Assembly: GCA_977016875.1 (NCBI GenBank) | Contig: CDRNST010000197.1 | Coordinates: forward strand, 496,001-560,000 | From: Pavona decussata | Taxonomy: Eukaryota | Length of the DNA stretch: 64,000 nt | Direction: 5' to 3' | Shown: one piece after another, positions 62,501-64,000 of the stretch | Position numbering within the stretch: position 1 is the first letter of the stretch | Layout of the letters: each line of letters opens with the position of its first letter | Notes under the pieces: generated by a model | Told to the model about the DNA's origin: nothing | Seen by the model: the letters and a program-made list of their open reading frames with translations, nothing else | The model's database searches: none | Position numbers and translations under genes: made by a program

Positions 62501-64000
62501 CTCTGTCGAATTACATGAAGTATCATCTGAAATGCTAAATTCTGAGCATTATTCGAAAACTCTAGAGAATTTCTCTCTCGCCGCTTCGCGATGTTTTAGC
62601 TTTAGATAATGAACCCTTAGAGGCCTGAGTGTCCATTACCTTAATAGCCTCTCAAAACACTTTATTATATCTCAGCTTTTGAGCCATATTATGCCTGTTT
62701 ACGCCGTCACGCTTGACGAAAACGGACGCTGACGCGACTTGTGGCACGGAAACCACTTTTTGGCGGGAAACATTTTTGGTATGCCGCGTTAACACGTCAC
62801 TGATGACTCACTGTTTAAAGGGATTTCAAGCGAGTGATTTGCCACAAAATCGTTTTTATGCATGCACATCATCAGCTGCAGTTTATAGAAATCAAGTTAA
62901 TGTCTTTAAATGTTGGTGATATAAGTTCGAGAAGTGTTTCAGTGAGTTTCGCTTCCGGCGGTATTTTCTGAATCCCATAAAAAGCATTATCGTCCAACCG
63001 CAACTTGAGCTTCTCAGCTAATGGTTCGAACAACAGCATTTCATTCTCAGGGCTTCAGCCGTTGTAGTATTAAATTTAAACCTGCATCATGGCCAGATTT
63101 CTCATGGACTCAAAAACACATTCTTGTCAGTCAGTTTCTCTACACTTCGAGACTTTACAGTAACAGGTCCCTCTGCAGATAGAATTTCACGTGCAGTTGT
63201 TAGCGATATGTTGTTTTCCAAAGTTGTGCGGTTATGCTAAATTAAGCGTAAAATTGCATTTGGACCACTGGGTTTCCGTGTACATGACCTACAAGTTAAG
63301 TAACGGTCACTGGAATGTACTCGAATATTTGGTCAAATAAGGGATTTTCGGTATAATAAACAAAGTGGATATTTAAAAATAAAAACACAAAGCGGGTGGC
63401 AATCACGTCATTTTATAATCCATCGAATAAGATCACGTACCAAAATATTTACGTGTTTACGTACGGTTGAGCTGACATCGATAACAACTGGCGCGCGTGG
63501 CATTGCCCGGAAAATATCGATACTCGTCGTCAGTATCGTTTGATATTCCTCAAGTATATGTAACCACAAGAAACATGACAAGTATTCCAGAATGTCTTGG
63601 AGGAAACTGTTATTTCTATGAGGCGTGATTCTTGTTAGCCCAAGCATTTTGCTGTGCTCTTGTAGAAAATCAGATTAACACTGCAGCCTGGTACTTTAGC
63701 TTTCTTTTGAAAGTATTCTCAAGACAAAAGATCATTAAACGATGACGTCACACGATAAAAGGTTTCGATGGTGATATGCGACCATATGACTCCAAACTTG
63801 CTAAAGGGGCAGTGCCACCTATTTGTATTGTCACTACGAATGACCAAAAAAAAACATATTTGTTTCTGATTGAATCGTTAAAATAATATGGTTGAGTTTT
63901 GCATAAACCCCACTATGTCTGGCTGCGGATGGCTTGGATGGAAGTGGATTGCAACTTGAACAAATTGGCCAATTCAGTTTCAAGGCGTGATTCCTATGTA

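Overview
This is eukaryotic, intron-containing, AT-rich animal DNA. The repeat families and gene set suggest an anthozoan or stony coral, which is an inference only. The window holds a tandem cluster of three complete nicotinic acetylcholine receptor alpha-type genes on the + strand (3666-10458, 23154-32340, 39341-46678), reconstructed exon by exon with GT-AG sites and consistent phases. Between receptors 2 and 3 lies an intronless gene with a divergent HSF-type DNA-binding domain and three tandem Sin3-interaction-like helices (36214-37062). A two-exon FBXO36-like gene lies on the - strand (48600-50581). The standout is a small intronless, TATA-driven gene (-, 59051-59431) whose C-terminus aligns without gaps to the CITED CBP/p300-binding CR2 domain, including the LPEL motif. 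CITED is usually described as a vertebrate family acting as a negative-feedback brake on HIF. Downstream of it is a dense AP-1/CATGTGAC motif cluster. Mobile DNA includes a frameshifted Crypton (tyrosine recombinase) with recombination-site-like palindromes at both ends, an unclassified TIR element, tRNA-derived SINEs, LINE 3' ends, many MITEs and minisatellites. There are two assembly gaps. All family assignments rest on motif recognition by eye; no searches were run.
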